A stretch of DNA of 63,592 nucleotides, filler included, from Choristocarpus tenellus KU-1152 (GCA_964200185.2; 12 parts of 12 records of this genome joined end to end with filler, not necessarily neighbours in it); one strand, 5' to 3'. Positions 25,055 to 37,975 are shown, counted from the whole stretch's first letter. Notes: generated from the letters alone by a model not told the origin. Program-made: numbers and translations.

Positions 25055-25659
25055 TGTTACAGGCGAATAACGCGAGCATTTCTTCTTGTATTCCAATGAA
25101 GTGCGAGCATTTGTTACACGCGAATAGCGCGAGCCTTTCTTCTCATGTTTTAGGAAACACGAACATTTGTGACAGACGTGTAGTGTGAGGATTGTTTCTC
25201 GTGTTCTAACCAGTGCGAACAATATATGATATTAGTAACACATAAGTAGCCTTACAGAGTAAATGATGATTTCATAGAAGATAAAGAGAGTAAGATATGG
25301 AATGCATATGTAACTACAGAAGAACATGTCAAAGTCCCTAAGAAGTTGCAGAAGAAAGGTTTATGACTGGAGTACGTGTAGAGCAGTAGCATAGAAGACC
25401 AAAGAAATTGGGTGGATGATGAAAATAATAAGAGGGATTTTGGCCAAAGTCATCCCACATGCCTTCAGTCCTCATCTTTATCTTGAACGAAACTTTGAGT
25501 CGAGCTTTGATCTAAGCATTGAGTGGAATATCAAGAGAGAAGGATGTCTGAGACCCTACAAACTGTTATCAAGGGCAACGTTCCCATAGCGTCGTTTTAA
25601 GGTCGTTGGATTTGAGTTGCATATCTGTGGAGGTGAGTTCTGAGGGGCACGCTGTAACA
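25055..25659 (+). mobile_element. Gypsy LTR (subtype B) with a duplicated 5' end (second TGTTACA at 25112)
   Basis: TGTTACAGGCGAAT...GCTGTAACA; homologous to 18264-18810. Confidence 0.88.
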
Positions 25660-25677
25660 TGGAGGTCCTACCGAGAC
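25660..25677 (+). promoter_or_regulatory. Primer-binding site, tRNA-Gln type (also 60140-60157 and 21765-21778 minus)
   Basis: TGGAGGTCCTACCGAGA is the complement of TCTCGGTAGGACCT-CCA, the usual eukaryotic tRNA-Gln 3' end; it abuts the LTR end. Confidence 0.8.
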
Positions 25678-28050
25678 TTCCACCCCGTAATAGAGGTATG
25701 AGAACCCAGAGCGCGTCAAGAAAGATATCAATTGAGGGGGGATGAAAAGAGAGGGGGGGAGGATACCAATCATCGTGTTAGAATGGTCGGGGAAGGTAGT
25801 GAATGCAGGGGTAGTGGTATCAAAGATAGGGAAAAGGATAAAGAAGGAGGACCAAGTATTATGAAGATGAGACACCAAGTCTGCAGTGCATTGGTTTGTA
25901 GGNNNNNNNNNNNNNNNNNNNNNNNNNNNNNNNNNNNNNNNNNNNNTTAATTAATTAANNNNNNNNNNNNNNNNNNNNNNNNNNNNNNNNNNNNNNNNNN
26001 NNCCCCTTCCTCTCCCCCACCCCCAATCTACTCTCCTCATTAGATTGTTGGATCCTTTCTCATCATAGTACAATCAATATACACGCTGGGTATGTTTGTG
26101 CATTGCGTCCAGCAACGCTTTCCTTCTCTCCTTTCTGACTTTTCAACCTTTTTGGTTAAATATATATATATATATTTTGACAGGGCGTGGGTGAGCTGAC
26201 ACTCTTTCGCGGACAACAGACAACTGGGCCGTTGGGTTAAGCAGAAGTGATAGCAGTCCATGAGAGGAGGTGGTGTTGGAAGCTGAATGTTGATTGGGGG
26301 TATCGATTATATCGTGTGTGGTAGGGCTTGACTCTTTTTGGGAAGAGGCATTGGCGTGGAAAATTGGAAAGGCTTTTGGTCATGGCTGTTTGTGATGAGG
26401 TTTGAGGTGGAGCTGCTCGGTCAAGACTAACAGATATGCACAGATATATATATATATACACATATATCAGGAGAGATGTTAGGGGAAGGTGAACGAGTTT
26501 AGGGAGGGCTGGTCTTTGACAACCAAGCTGCAGCAGTGGCAGTAAAGTTTCGTCTACCCTTGGGGCTGAGGGATGCCTCTTTATATTTTGTTTTTTTCTA
26601 ACCCTAATCCAGTGTGTTCGTGATGTGTCTTATGTGTATAATGGAGAGAATGAGGAATGAGTGATCGTCGCCTTCGAATATGATACAACTCTTACCACTG
26701 ATGCACACAGTTTATGTGTCATGTTCCCCAATAATGTTTTTTCTCAAATGTCGAGATGGGTCATACTTGCTTCTTTTTTTTAATGATGAGAAATGATAAG
26801 ACTAGTGCTGGGCTGCTTGGAGATTCGTACCAACTTGAGACTGAAAGATTAATAGGTGGGGACAGACTCAATCGATCATATTGGAATCTATAGATGTTTC
26901 ATGTAGTGTACTACACAGCAAGCCCATTGCTTTGCGCCTTTGGTGTAATATGGTGCCAAAAATAGTAATAAAACATTTGAAGGGGTAAACAAGGTATTCT
27001 ATTCATATTGGGCCTATGCTGTGGTATTCAGACTATCCTATTGATGTGAAGGTTGCCTTTCAGGCCATATTATCTGCCCATCCTTTCAGTTATTACTACT
27101 TACACTCTCTAGGGACTGAGGAGGAAATTTGGGTGATGGTGAAGTGTGATTCTAAGATGTGAAATGTTGGCTTTACTGGCTCAGCTTAGGGTGCAGTCCT
27201 TGGAGAATGGAGTGGCAGTGCCTGAGCTGGAGTATGCAATAATGTCCTCCTCATTTGAGTAGTCTTATTATTTTTTGTTTACAGACAAACACCCTCAAGG
27301 ACACAATTGACACAAGCACCATGAACATCTCTAGGATTGTGTAAGTGATGAGAGTACCCAGATACTCTGAAGTTGGTGAGGTTGAGTTCCTAATTGAGTG
27401 TGGCATCGACCCATCAGGCAGGTATGCTTTTTGGCATGTGAAGGAAAATGGTAACGACAGGGAAGGGTAAGATTAAGACGTCAAACCTGGCTTTAATCTG
27501 ATTGTGAGCTGGTGTCTGACCGATTGAAAGAGAAGTGTGTGAAGGAGTTAGAAAATATGAAGATCCATGGGCTGAAGGCAGATTTCTTTCGCTTCTTGAA
27601 GAGTGTATACAAGAGGGAAAATGCTCAATGTAACTCTATTCTCAATCTGTGTCAAGAATGGTGACCTTCAAAAGTCGAGATCAGTTCAGGTGATTCAGAG
27701 TGAACGATCAACACAAGAACCATGATTAGACCTCCAAGTCTGAGCGTAAGGAAGCATTTCGTGAGTTAGGGGGGGGGATCAGGAAAGTTGACCAAAGAGT
27801 CTGCGTCGTATGGTCAGTGGCATGTAGACTCGTACTCCGTCCCATAAGTCTGGACCGTTAAGGGTTTTTTGTGAAAAACTTCTTCAAATGTGAGGTTCAG
27901 AAATAAAGTACATAGTATCGTTCGAAAGTCAACAACTTCGGCTTGCACATAAATGTCTTCAAAATACTTTTTGCTTTGCTCACGAATTCTGGACTATTAT
28001 TATTTTACTCTATGTTTGCATTCCACCCATTTCCCTCCTCCCCATTGTAT

Positions 28051-28271
28051 CACCACTTGTGACCAACCAGTACGACCTCTTCGCCACTGATTTCCGGTCA
28101 CCCCCCTGTCATGACCAACCAATGCGAACCCCTTTCGCCACTGATTTCCAGTCACCAACCACCTCTGATGACCAACCAGTGCGACCCCTTAACCACTGAT
28201 TTCCAGTCACCAACCCCATCTGATGACCAACCAGTGTGACCCCTTTGCCACTGATTTCCAGCCACCAACCC
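28051..28271. repeat. Minisatellite, 4 units of about 52-57 bp
   Basis: TGACCAACC starts at 28060, 28112, 28169 and 28224; shared CCACTGATTTCC.GTCACC core. Confidence 0.9.
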
Positions 28272-30259
28272 ACCCTTCAACCCCACCCAACCCCACACCA
28301 CTTAACACTCTACCACACCATTCAACACCACTCCCCCCCACAAGACTTTCCCCACTACTTACCGCTTCCGAACCCCATTCAACACCACTCAACCCCCCAA
28401 CACTTTCCCCCACTTTCCATTCCCCCACTCCACAATCATCCAAGAACACCCCATTCATCATCCACTTCATACTGTGCCATTGAACTAGAAGACATCTAAC
28501 CCGCCCAAGCTTGACCTCCCCCCCCTTTATCCAGCATCCCAATCGGTTGTGAGCAAGCGAAACGGTGGGTGGGTGGGAGAGATTGCTCAGAGGTTGTCTT
28601 GTTCTAGCCCTCCTCGACCTGTGCCACCAGCCTTAGGTTTTCCTTACGTTCTGACCATTCCTTCCTACCTTGTGCTTCCACCTGCCACCTATTTTTATAA
28701 CTTCTCTCCTACCTCTTCTGCCTCCTAGTCACTCAGTATTTGACTCTTCGTTCAACCCTTGACTATTTTTTCATTTTCTTTCCTCACCCCTCCTTCCCTG
28801 TACATCATTCCTACCAGAATTCTCCCGCTCGCAAACTCAGGTTACTTCATCATAAACTTTCCCATTTAATTTCGAAATGGTCGAGAAACCACCCCCTGAA
28901 TACAAAAAATATTTTGAAGATTTCTATGCGCAAGCCGATGTTGTTGGCTATCGAACGATATTATTTGTAGTTTCTGAATCTCACATTTGAAAAAGTTCAC
29001 ATAAAACCATAACGATACAGACTTACGGGACAGAGGGAGTATATAATCCCAGAGTACTTCATGTCCAGGATACCAAATTGGGTCACTCTTCTTTTTTGCC
29101 ACCTATGATTTGACACTCAGCTACTTTCGGCAAGAAGGTCTTACATCCCAGCCTTCCACACCTTGCTCTTCGTACCATCACCTCACTGCTACCATCCTTG
29201 TGCCTTGAGCATGTTGCCATCCACAGGTGAAATTTTTCCGCATCCTCTCCTTTGACGTCACAATTGACTATTGTCTAGTAAACCAACCCTCAATCTTACT
29301 GCCTGGTGTGGAAAGTGTCCACTTTAAGGAAATGATATATGTTTTGTAAAGTGGGTTAACCTACCTGATCACCGTCGACTCCTTGATACTCTGATGAGGG
29401 ATAAGGTCAAAGTATCTGGGGGGGGGTGTCGGCGTCCGTTTTTCACACTTTTTCGATTTTCACTTTTTTGGTTTGATTTGGTCGCTGTCGGATTTGAAAT
29501 TCCAGCAAAAAAAAATAATTGTTTGACCGAAACGGACGCCACCCCAGCAACCACAACCACCTCCCTAATATACCTCACTATTTGTNNNNNNNNNNNNNNN
29601 NNNNNNNNNNNNNNNNNNNNNNNNNNNNNTTAATTAATTAANNNNNNNNNNNNNNNNNNNNNNNNNNNNNNNNNNNNNNNNNNNNCTTTTCCTGATTTTT
29701 GTTTAAATTGACCCCCTTGTTTTGGCCCCCCCCCCCCCTCCCAGATACTTTGGGTCCTTTGGGAGGATTTTTGTTCAAAGAGAAGCAAAGTTTATACAAA
29801 CATGGGGAAGTATTGTTTCCACTCCTGTCAGTATAGCCCTTGCCTTCTCTCCCACCCCGGGGCCTGCCTTTGTGGTTTGCCTAAATCCTGCATAAGAATT
29901 CACTCCTCCAGCAATAACTTGATCAGTGAAACTAGCTCAGAAGAGAATTGAGTATGGAAATTCGAAAATGCCAGAGTGTCCTCCCCAACGACCCTGTAAT
30001 ACCTGTACAGCATACCTGATACCTTAGCTTAGCAGGCAACTCTTTACTAGTCGGAAGTAACCTATCGTGCACCAGTTTCAATAGTGTATCCCACATCTCC
30101 CCACTTATCAACAACTTGGGGTAAAGCATCACTGTTGTGATCTATGAGCAGGTTAAACAAGTTCTTTTATTAGCATGAACTGATCATTATTTCCCGGGCA
30201 AAGTTTATGAACTCTAGAATCACATATCATATTTTTATCCTTTCAGTCTGTAGTTAGAT

Positions 30260-30517
30260 GAGTGAAAGCATTTAAGAGGGTAGGAGTTTTGTCCTATTTT
30301 CCGTTCAGCGGTTGGCTTCCCACAGGTTTTTTGTGCCCTTTTTCGGTTTTCTGTGTGGACACAGTTATCTAAAATGCATGCAACTATGAAAGGTGTATCT
30401 GGATGAAGGATATATATACACTTGCTAACAAACACAATAGCAAAATTCATCAAAATCACAACATTGGATTCATGATCCCGAACGGACGCAGCCCTACCCT
30501 CTTAAACGCTTTGGCTC
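30260..30517 (+). mobile_element. MITE family 1 copy (TSD AGAT)
   Basis: GAGTGAAAGCAT...CTTTGGCTC; AGAT on both sides. Confidence 0.88.
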
Positions 30518-31069
30518 AGATATGGGCCAATTCTCCCCTGTCCTATAGCTGCTTTGTCTTGGAGTCTCTGCAGTCGCAATAGTGCTCATCAGTGCTCATT
30601 CAATCAACTGTCAATTTATATGCGGCAACTGTATGTATAAGCAGCACACTCATAACTTGACAAATCTTCAGAAGAATACTGAGATCTCAGAACATTTCTC
30701 TCAAAATATTGAGATGCAACTATTCCACCAAGGTACTAGTCTACCACAAGATTTTCACATAGTAGAAGGCTAAATCTACATAGTCCCATCATATTGGTGT
30801 TCTCTTTTCTTCCAGTTTTTAGGTACTTGAACTTGTGTACAGTGTTGTAGAACTCGCCTCCATTGTCAACACCAAACAATGAGCCACCTTCACCATATCA
30901 AGTTGCCATAATATTTCACTAGACAGGGTCAAGAGGGTTGAAAGAAGATTCTATTGCCCCTTCTTCTCCCAAGACTCTGATAGTACTCATTTGATATATA
31001 TATATATATACCTTCTCACAGTCCTCAACCCACCACACAGCTTCATCTGCCTGTATGCCACTTGTCTCA

Positions 31070-31230
31070 CCTCTGCCTCCTGTTGCGCCAACACAGCTGA
31101 AGCAACTGCATCATTCAAGCCCTGAAGATACTTTGCCCTTCTGGCATCAGCCCGGGCCCTCTTTCCCTTGGCCCTTTCCAACTTCCCATACGCATCCTCC
31201 TGAGCTTTTTCCCTTTCCTGAAGCAGTTCC
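31070..31230 (-). CDS. Probable internal exon of the unknown gene (coiled-coil); acceptor uncertain
   Basis: KELLQEREKAQEDAYGKLERAKGKRARADARRAKYLQGLNDAVASAVLAQQEAE|GTGAGA donor. Confidence 0.55.
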
Positions 31231-31548
31231 TTCCTCCATACCAGCGTGAGTTCATATATATTATGCAAACATTTATATAGCAGCATCGGGTAGGATGGAG
31301 TGGGTAATCATAGGCAAGTGGGAAGGGGTAGGAGGGGGAGTAGGAGGAATCAATGTAAGAGGAGGGGGATTCATTCAGGGAAAAGAAAAAAAGGGCACAG
31401 TTTTCGTATTTTGAAACTGAGTTATGATGATTGTGTCGTGTGTGATAAACTTGTGTGATATTTCCAATGTCGACCATCCGTCTTCAGAGGGAAATTCAAA
31501 GATCGCAGATTCCCATGTCCCTTACACCAGGGGTTATCCCCAACTCAC

Positions 31549-31710
31549 CTGTTCCAGTGACCCTAATCCAGCTTGCACGGCAAGGTTCTCTTTCCTTGCC
31601 TGTATTACCTGGACGAGGCAATTAGCAGAACTGTGAACGTCCTTACCTTCAGGGTGCTGGAATTCAATGTTCCTCAAGACTGTGGCCAGACGAGCTTTGA
31701 GGGATCTAAC
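31549..31710 (-). CDS. Probable internal exon of the unknown gene
   Basis: CAG|VRSLKARLATVLRN...QAGLGSLEQ|GTGAGT; an internal GTAAG makes the exact structure uncertain. Confidence 0.45.
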
Positions 31711-32082
31711 CTGCCAGAGTGCAGAGTCAGAGTGATTTAGTAGGGGCAGGGCAGACACCAATGGTGACAAATCTTCCGCAAGAGCTTAGTGGAGTCAAAG
31801 TAACCCCTGCATGTCCGAAACAACTAAAGTTCTGGATCTTTACTTCCAAGAAACCAATGGGATTAAGGTGGAAATCACAGTCCAATCCATCACAACCCAT
31901 GCATTGGAGATGGTGAGCGAGTGCCTGGAGGCTTTTATCGCACCAAATGACGCTGGATCAAACTACACAAGACAACATACTTGAACAAAGAGAGTCGACA
32001 CAATAAGCTAAATCGAAGCAGGCAACGAATACGTTCTCCTCAGACCCAGACTTGAGAAATCTGCGCATTATGTTGTTGTCAC

Positions 32083-32487
32083 CTGCACAGGCATAGCCGT
32101 ACTATCAGGTGACCCAGTCCCGCGATTTTCATTCGCCACATGTTTTCGCCCTGTATCTAACGTAGGTGCAACTTCTTGTGGGGATTGGCTTTGGGATTCT
32201 TCAAAGGTATCTTCATAGACTATCACATCTCGTCCATCGAGTTCAGGAGGTCTGCTATACCCTTCATGGTGCGAAAAACAACCCCGACTATCTGGCAGTG
32301 GCGGTGATGTGGATGGGCAATCATGATTTACGCCTACAGAATCGCGATGATGGAGATTTTTTCTTATTATAGTTGTAGCCCCACGGTCGGGAGAGCTCTG
32401 GGGTTGTGTGCTACCCCCATGAGCATCTTCGGGGTCATCAAACTCCAGGCTGTAGTCGGAGTTCCCACAGATGTCATCCACACTCTC
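32083..32487 (-). CDS. Exon 2 of an unknown protein (acidic, low-complexity)
   Basis: GCAG|ESVDDICG...TAMPVQ|GTGACA, 405 nt, phase 0, no stops. Confidence 0.65.
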
Positions 32488-32614
32488 CTGCATTCATCAA
32501 AGAAATATACAATGAAAAGGGCTCGTTGAGGTGGTCCTTGAAAACTATGACTAATCATCCTAACAAGCGAAAGAATAACCTCCCTGACAATTGCGAGGAA
32601 TAGATACGACTCAC

Positions 32615-32668
32615 ATCTAGATCGAACGCAACCGTGCTGGTCTCGTCGTCGTTGATAGATGAAGACAT
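32615..32668 (-). CDS. Exon 1 of an unknown protein
   Basis: ATG MSSSINDDETSTVAFDLD|GTGAGT, phase-compatible with exon 2. Confidence 0.6.
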
Positions 32669-32917
32669 CGCTCCCAAGGAGGGGAAACACGGCCTATTAC
32701 TAAGGATAATAACAGCCCACGACTTATGCACACCAGTGTAGGACCTTAGCAGCTTTCTGATTCTGCTTGTTAGAGCTCTGGCCCAGTTGTGTTGAGTAGT
32801 CGCACTTTTCACTCGTTTCACAGTTTGTGAGTACAGGTTTTTTTCATTGGGAAATAGAGAGAGGTTTTGTTTAAATCGACAACGATCACTTACTTTCTGA
32901 GATGGATGGAATGTTCA

Positions 32918-33779
32918 TGTAATAGAAATGAAATATTTCACCACTAAAAATAATTTGAAGTATTATTATGACATACAGTCGAGTAGTAAAAAATTGTCAT
33001 TCCATTCACAACTATTAATAATAGTCATACTAGTCGTCTCTAGGACAGAATTTGTCCTTTTTTGTCTAACTTTTGATTCGAGAGGAGTTTTTCGTCGAAA
33101 TAAAGCTTGATGTGACTTGAATGACTAACATTATTAGATAGATTGGAGTTCGCGTTGTGGTGCGATGGGCGAGAAGGCGATTTTCCTTACTAAAATCAAG
33201 ATACTTAGACATCTGTCCGTCCGTCGTCCACCAGTATATGGCTTGGAGGGCTGTTCCTCTTCTCTCAGGACGAGTTTTTTCACGGGAAGAAGAAGAAGAG
33301 TAGTGACCCTCCATGTCTCATCTGTCTGTGTGCAACCCTAAACTCTTTATTGTTGTTGTAGCTCCACTGTTATGCCTAAAAGCTCATCAGACAGCAGACA
33401 GCCAGTCAGCCCTCATCATCGAGGTTGGCCAAGAATAAACGCTCTCCGTCGTAGTCGCGACCCCCTCTTTGATTTCTTGTTCTGCAGTGATTGACTGGTC
33501 CACTCCATCAAGCGCGAGTCCCCCTCTCGACACACGGCAATCACCAGCGCGTGCACTCTGCCCAACCTCAGCCTTCAACTTCTGTGAAACTTGAAGCCCG
33601 GAGGTAGAGACCGCACCACGATATCCAGCATGTCCTTCGACAGAGGGGCTTCCGCAACGATTGTGCCGAGTTCTGCGTGGACAATCTACGTTGTAGTGAA
33701 CTGAGTGCGAAGGTTAAGCTCGAAAGCTGTTCGATTAGACTCTTCCAACTCTATCGGACAGTTACGGTAAATTATTTAT
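32918..33779 (-). mobile_element. LTR-like dispersed repeat (second copy 47145-47685 +)
   Basis: About 530 bp are clearly homologous in reverse to 47145-47685; the minus strand ends ...ATTACA at 32918 like an LTR terminus. Confidence 0.6.
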
Positions 33780-33879
33780 NNNNNNNNNNNNNNNNNNNNN
33801 NNNNNNNNNNNNNNNNNNNNNNNTTAATTAATTAANNNNNNNNNNNNNNNNNNNNNNNNNNNNNNNNNNNNNNNNNNNN

Positions 33880-33955
33880 CCCATAGCATCGTTTTGAGGT
33901 CGTTGGATTTGAGTTGTACATCCTGGAAGGTGAGCATTGAGGGGCGCCTGTAACA
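33880..33955 (+). mobile_element. 3' end of a Gypsy LTR (subtype B)
   Basis: Matches 25585-25659 and ends GCTGTAACA. Confidence 0.85.
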
Positions 33956-35224
33956 TCTCTCCCGAAGTTTCGTGGATGATAGTCAAAGTCCGAAGTGTAT
34001 AGGTCCTGCTGTCACAGGAGGTTCACCTATGCATTGTGGCAGTGACCTGCTTCTCTTCCAGTACAAAGGGCATGTTCTTGTTCAATTCAAATCCACCCTG
34101 ATGTCTTCCAGAGATTTAACATTCCCCAACAACACAGAATCTTGATCCTAGGGTCGAGGGATCTGAGAAGAGTATAGAAATGCTTGTTTACACGTCTTCT
34201 GTGGGGATGAGGGAGGGAGAAAGTAGAAGAAAGGGAGGGGTTAATATATTATACATGGATGAATGTATATAGACACACCAACACAAAATATTTGCTCATA
34301 TGTGGATGACATGCAGCATATTATTGAGTAAACTGGGAGTTATTTAGGGTGACAATGTGAATTGACGTGTAAACGTGTCGGTGCACATTGAGTTGTGTGT
34401 GAGGGGGAAAACTCACTGATAATGGTTGATAGGTCATTCATTACAAATGAACTGGCACAGATGGATCGGTCTGAGGAAAAGTTCTTCTGCTTGGAAGCTG
34501 TGTGTGATAGGGTGAACTGGTTTCCCTTTTACCTTTTATTCCCTGACACTTTCCAATACCTTTCCTGTGCATTCCACAGGACAGCCGAGCCAACGAATGA
34601 GGTCAATTATTGAGATCGATGTGCACCTTTTGGTTTCAGTATAATCTAACTACTTTTGAGTTTGATGTGGAGGAGATAGGTTGTCAAGTTATTCCTTCCC
34701 CTTGTTTAGGCATGGAAGAAATCCAACAGGGAGCTGTTGCACCATCGACACCCTCTTTTGGAGATGCAACCTACCACCTTCACATTAACGCTCGCCCAGG
34801 GTTGAATCGTGTGAGATTTCATGCGGATCATCATCACTAACTTGATCTAATGATTTCCTATTCTCTTGGGGTCGACATTTGGTATATTCTTTGTGTGGAA
34901 TTGCCACAGTAAAGATTCCATCGTATAGGTGTATGCTCATCATGATGTTACACAACCACGACCTTTTTTTTGAGGTACGTGCGCACGGATTATGCGCAGA
35001 ATACTGGAATAGGCATTCTGAAAATATCCTGTTATCAGTTGATTTAAGATTAGTTGGATAGGGTCGACTACATTCGGCGCTGGTTATATTGTAGGTGGTG
35101 AAGGAAGAACAAGCTGTAGTGGTTCCTATGTGAATTTCTCATCGTTAAAGTCAGATTTCCATCCGAAATATATAGGTAATGGAATTGAAATTACGAGAGA
35201 CATTACAAGGACACAAAAAACGTC

Positions 35225-35297
35225 AGCCGAATATGAGATTCGAACTCACGACCTACTCCTTACGAAGGAGCCGCTCTAACCCCTGAGCTAATCCGGC
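35225..35297 (-). tRNA. trnT(CGU): tRNA-Thr(CGU)
   Basis: GCCGGAT acceptor stem, GCTC/GAGC D-arm, GCTCC-TT CGT AA-GGAGT anticodon arm, GTTCGAAT T-loop; T6 terminator 5 nt downstream; AT-rich TATA-like upstream region. Confidence 0.95.
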
Positions 35298-35927
35298 CTT
35301 ACGTATGAAGATATTTTTAATTATATAAATAATCATACCTCACTTCATTCGTTTTCTGTGGATGAGTAGTTTATCTTTTCTAGCATATTTCTTTGCATTC
35401 TTTCTCCATCTTTTCTCCATTTGTCGATGTTCTTTATTTTCGTATATTTCTTATATTTTATTTTTAATATACTCCCTGAGATCTCCGAGGTTGAAAGTGA
35501 GGATTATGTAGGTTTTCCACTTGTCCAAGGTCCAATGAGTGAAATTGCTTTCATGTGCACGTCCACATGGACCTTGACGTTGTCCACTTGAAGTGGCAGG
35601 AAGCACGTTCTAAGAGTAGTTTTGGTTGGGACAATCACCTACAAACCACGTTCTGGCATGTCTTGCACATTTCCAGGAACCCATCGCACTGGGAACAGTA
35701 AGTATGAACTGAGGGGCAAATAGTGTTAGGCTGGTAACGAACATTGGTTGCCCATGGTACCAGGGTATAAAACAAGTAAAATATCCCTGAAGGACACTCA
35801 TCTACCCCGTGTGTGGAATTGGGTACAAGCAAATCTTGACAATCCATTCCTCTATGTGTTACAATTTTTCTCAACAGAGTCAACTGTTCTATGTGCCTAC
35901 CCACCTCCCTACCTACACGAAAACTGG

Positions 35928-36172
35928 TCAAACTACTGACATTGGAGTTGCATATTACCCTCGCCACAGTTTTATTGATGAAACAGATGGGCATGAGGAA
36001 GTGCTTTCCAAGGTTAAGACTAGGCTCACAGCTAGGTTTAAGCTTAGGGTTAGGGTTGAGGTTGGGGTTAGGATGAGGGCTCTAGGGTTAGGCACCTTCC
36101 TAGTCCACCTGACAAATAAAAAATACCTGTAGTGAGGGTAATATGCAACTCCAACGTCGGAAGTTTTAACGA
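35928..36172. mobile_element. Small inverted-repeat element with a degenerate TTAGGG core
   Basis: ~40-bp inverted arms (GACATTGGAGTTGCATATTACCCTC at about 35938-35962 vs 36135-36159) enclose GCTTAGGGTTAGGGTTGAGGTTGGGGTTAGG. Confidence 0.6.
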
Positions 36173-36834
36173 CTCCCTGTCTGCCTACCTGCCCATGCCA
36201 AACTCGTTTGGGGGTCCTGGACAACTCATTTTTTCTCCAGATCTGTCACTTATGTCTAAGGGATCTAGAAAGAGTGGTTGAAAATGTATTCCAAATAAGG
36301 CAATACACTGCTCAAGAAACGGCAACAATGACCACAAAGAAAAGCGAAGCAGTTGAAGGGAGAAGACGAAAGAGGATAAGGAAGGAGAAAGAACAGAATC
36401 CACAGGAGAAAAACTACCACCCCAAAAATAAACAAAGAACTGTGAAAAATGGATACGAGAGAATTCAGCTTAAAAAAATAATACGATGATGAGCAAACAG
36501 CATCCCGCAGATGCAACTATCGTGGTGGTGTTGATGCCTTGGGCAACATCAGCTTCTGCTTTGGCATGCGTGCAGATGATGTGCTTCACAGGTCTTCCTT
36601 GGGATGACTCTCTACCATGACAACTTATTTTTCCATCAGGTACACTCTAATACCACCTCTATTGCTAGTGGCCCTGATGTTCCAATCCTCAACTACAATC
36701 GCCAGGTACTTAATTACCTACCCAGCGATAGCAATTTCGTTTGGAGGCCCTGCACAATCACGCATCTAGAGAAAATTTTATACGTTTTATTTTTTGTGTT
36801 GTGTGTGATTAAATTACTCGGAACTATTTATAGA

Positions 36835-37024
36835 GTTACAGACGCTCCCAGTCCGTACCTTACCTTGATAGGACGTGTAGGTCCGACCCACAAGAAGACT
36901 GTAGGTAGATGAGGCTTGAAGATAGGTCCGCAATAATATCAAATATGCTGAATTTCTCACTTTGATTGTTCACTTTATGATTTAATGTGCTTATGAAACC
37001 GCCATTAAAGATCCATCGCCTGTG
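36835..37024 (-). mobile_element. Short decayed Gypsy LTR (subtype C)
   Basis: CAGGCG...TTAATGGCGGTTTCATAA start matches 59832; end resembles GGAGCGTCTGTAAC. Confidence 0.55.
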
Positions 37025-37270
37025 GCTGTATATACTCTGGTGGAGGGTGAAGAAGAGTAATTTTTTTGAGGTGTGGGAGTTAACTGTAAAGTTATGCTTG
37101 GATGGAGAATGTCAATTTAATGTGTGAGATGAGTCGATTATTGTTTGTATTGTATTCCAGTTTTGATTTTGACAATCGCATATGTACATACTTTCAAGTA
37201 ACAAACAGAGTTCGCTGCAACAAAAAATTGCTGTCTACGAACCTTTGTTAAAGGTCACAAGATCCATTAA

Positions 37271-37342
37271 CTCCCTCGCCGGGAATCGAACCCGGGTCTC
37301 CTGAGTGAAAGTCAGATATCCTAACCGTTGGACTACGAGGGA
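37271..37342 (-). tRNA. trnE(UUC): tRNA-Glu(UUC)
   Basis: TCCCTCG acceptor stem, TAGTCCAACGGTTAGGAT D-arm, CT TTC AC anticodon loop, CCGGG-TTCGATT-CCCGG T-arm. Confidence 0.95.
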
Positions 37343-37975
37343 ATATCCACCTGCAATACTATTTCTAATTTTGTATATAATATACTACAATATCATACTT
37401 GTAACATGTACATGCCACAATTACAGGTGTCAAAGATGGAGTCAAACACTTCAATTGAGTCTGTTACACTATGGAGGCTGACGAGTTGCAGCTCAGGACA
37501 CAACCATGACCTGAAGTTATTCCAACAATTGTAACTCTATTCTTCCTGAGCTCTACTGATGATTGAGGTGGTATATTTTTTGTCATGTTGAATTGTTTTC
37601 GAATCACTTCATGTAATCGTGGTGCAATTTTGAACTCATTTTTCTTTTATTTTTATTTTCTTCGTGCGTTTCGTTTTCTACATTTGTTGCATCTCTGTCC
37701 TCTGTTCTGTGTCTTTCTTTTTCAGATATATATTTTTTTCTGCTCTATTTTTTCCTATTGTGTTGTATGTGGTTTAGTGGGTCGAAACGTTTGTTCATGT
37801 GTCGATTCTTTCTCCATCACAATATCTATCGACAAAGTTCAAAGCTTAATTCAATAATTCATTGAAGCAATGTGCGCTAATCAATCGATGAATAGGATTT
37901 TTTTCGTGAGTGCGTGAGAACCAGATACAAACACCCAGACATCTCTCAGTGCCAACCTTTATTGTACCTACTACT

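Noticed and set aside
28051-28271. CRISPR-like spaced repeats
   Set aside because: The whole unit is repeated with no unique spacers; there are no cas genes and the context is eukaryotic. It is a minisatellite.
33960-35150. Coding remnant downstream of tRNA-Thr
   Set aside because: Partially open frames on both strands but no recognisable motif or splice structure; cannot be supported.
37303-37312. 10-bp identity (GAGTGAAAGT) between the tRNA-Glu anticodon arm and the MITE TIR
   Set aside because: Too short and does not extend; chance is sufficient.
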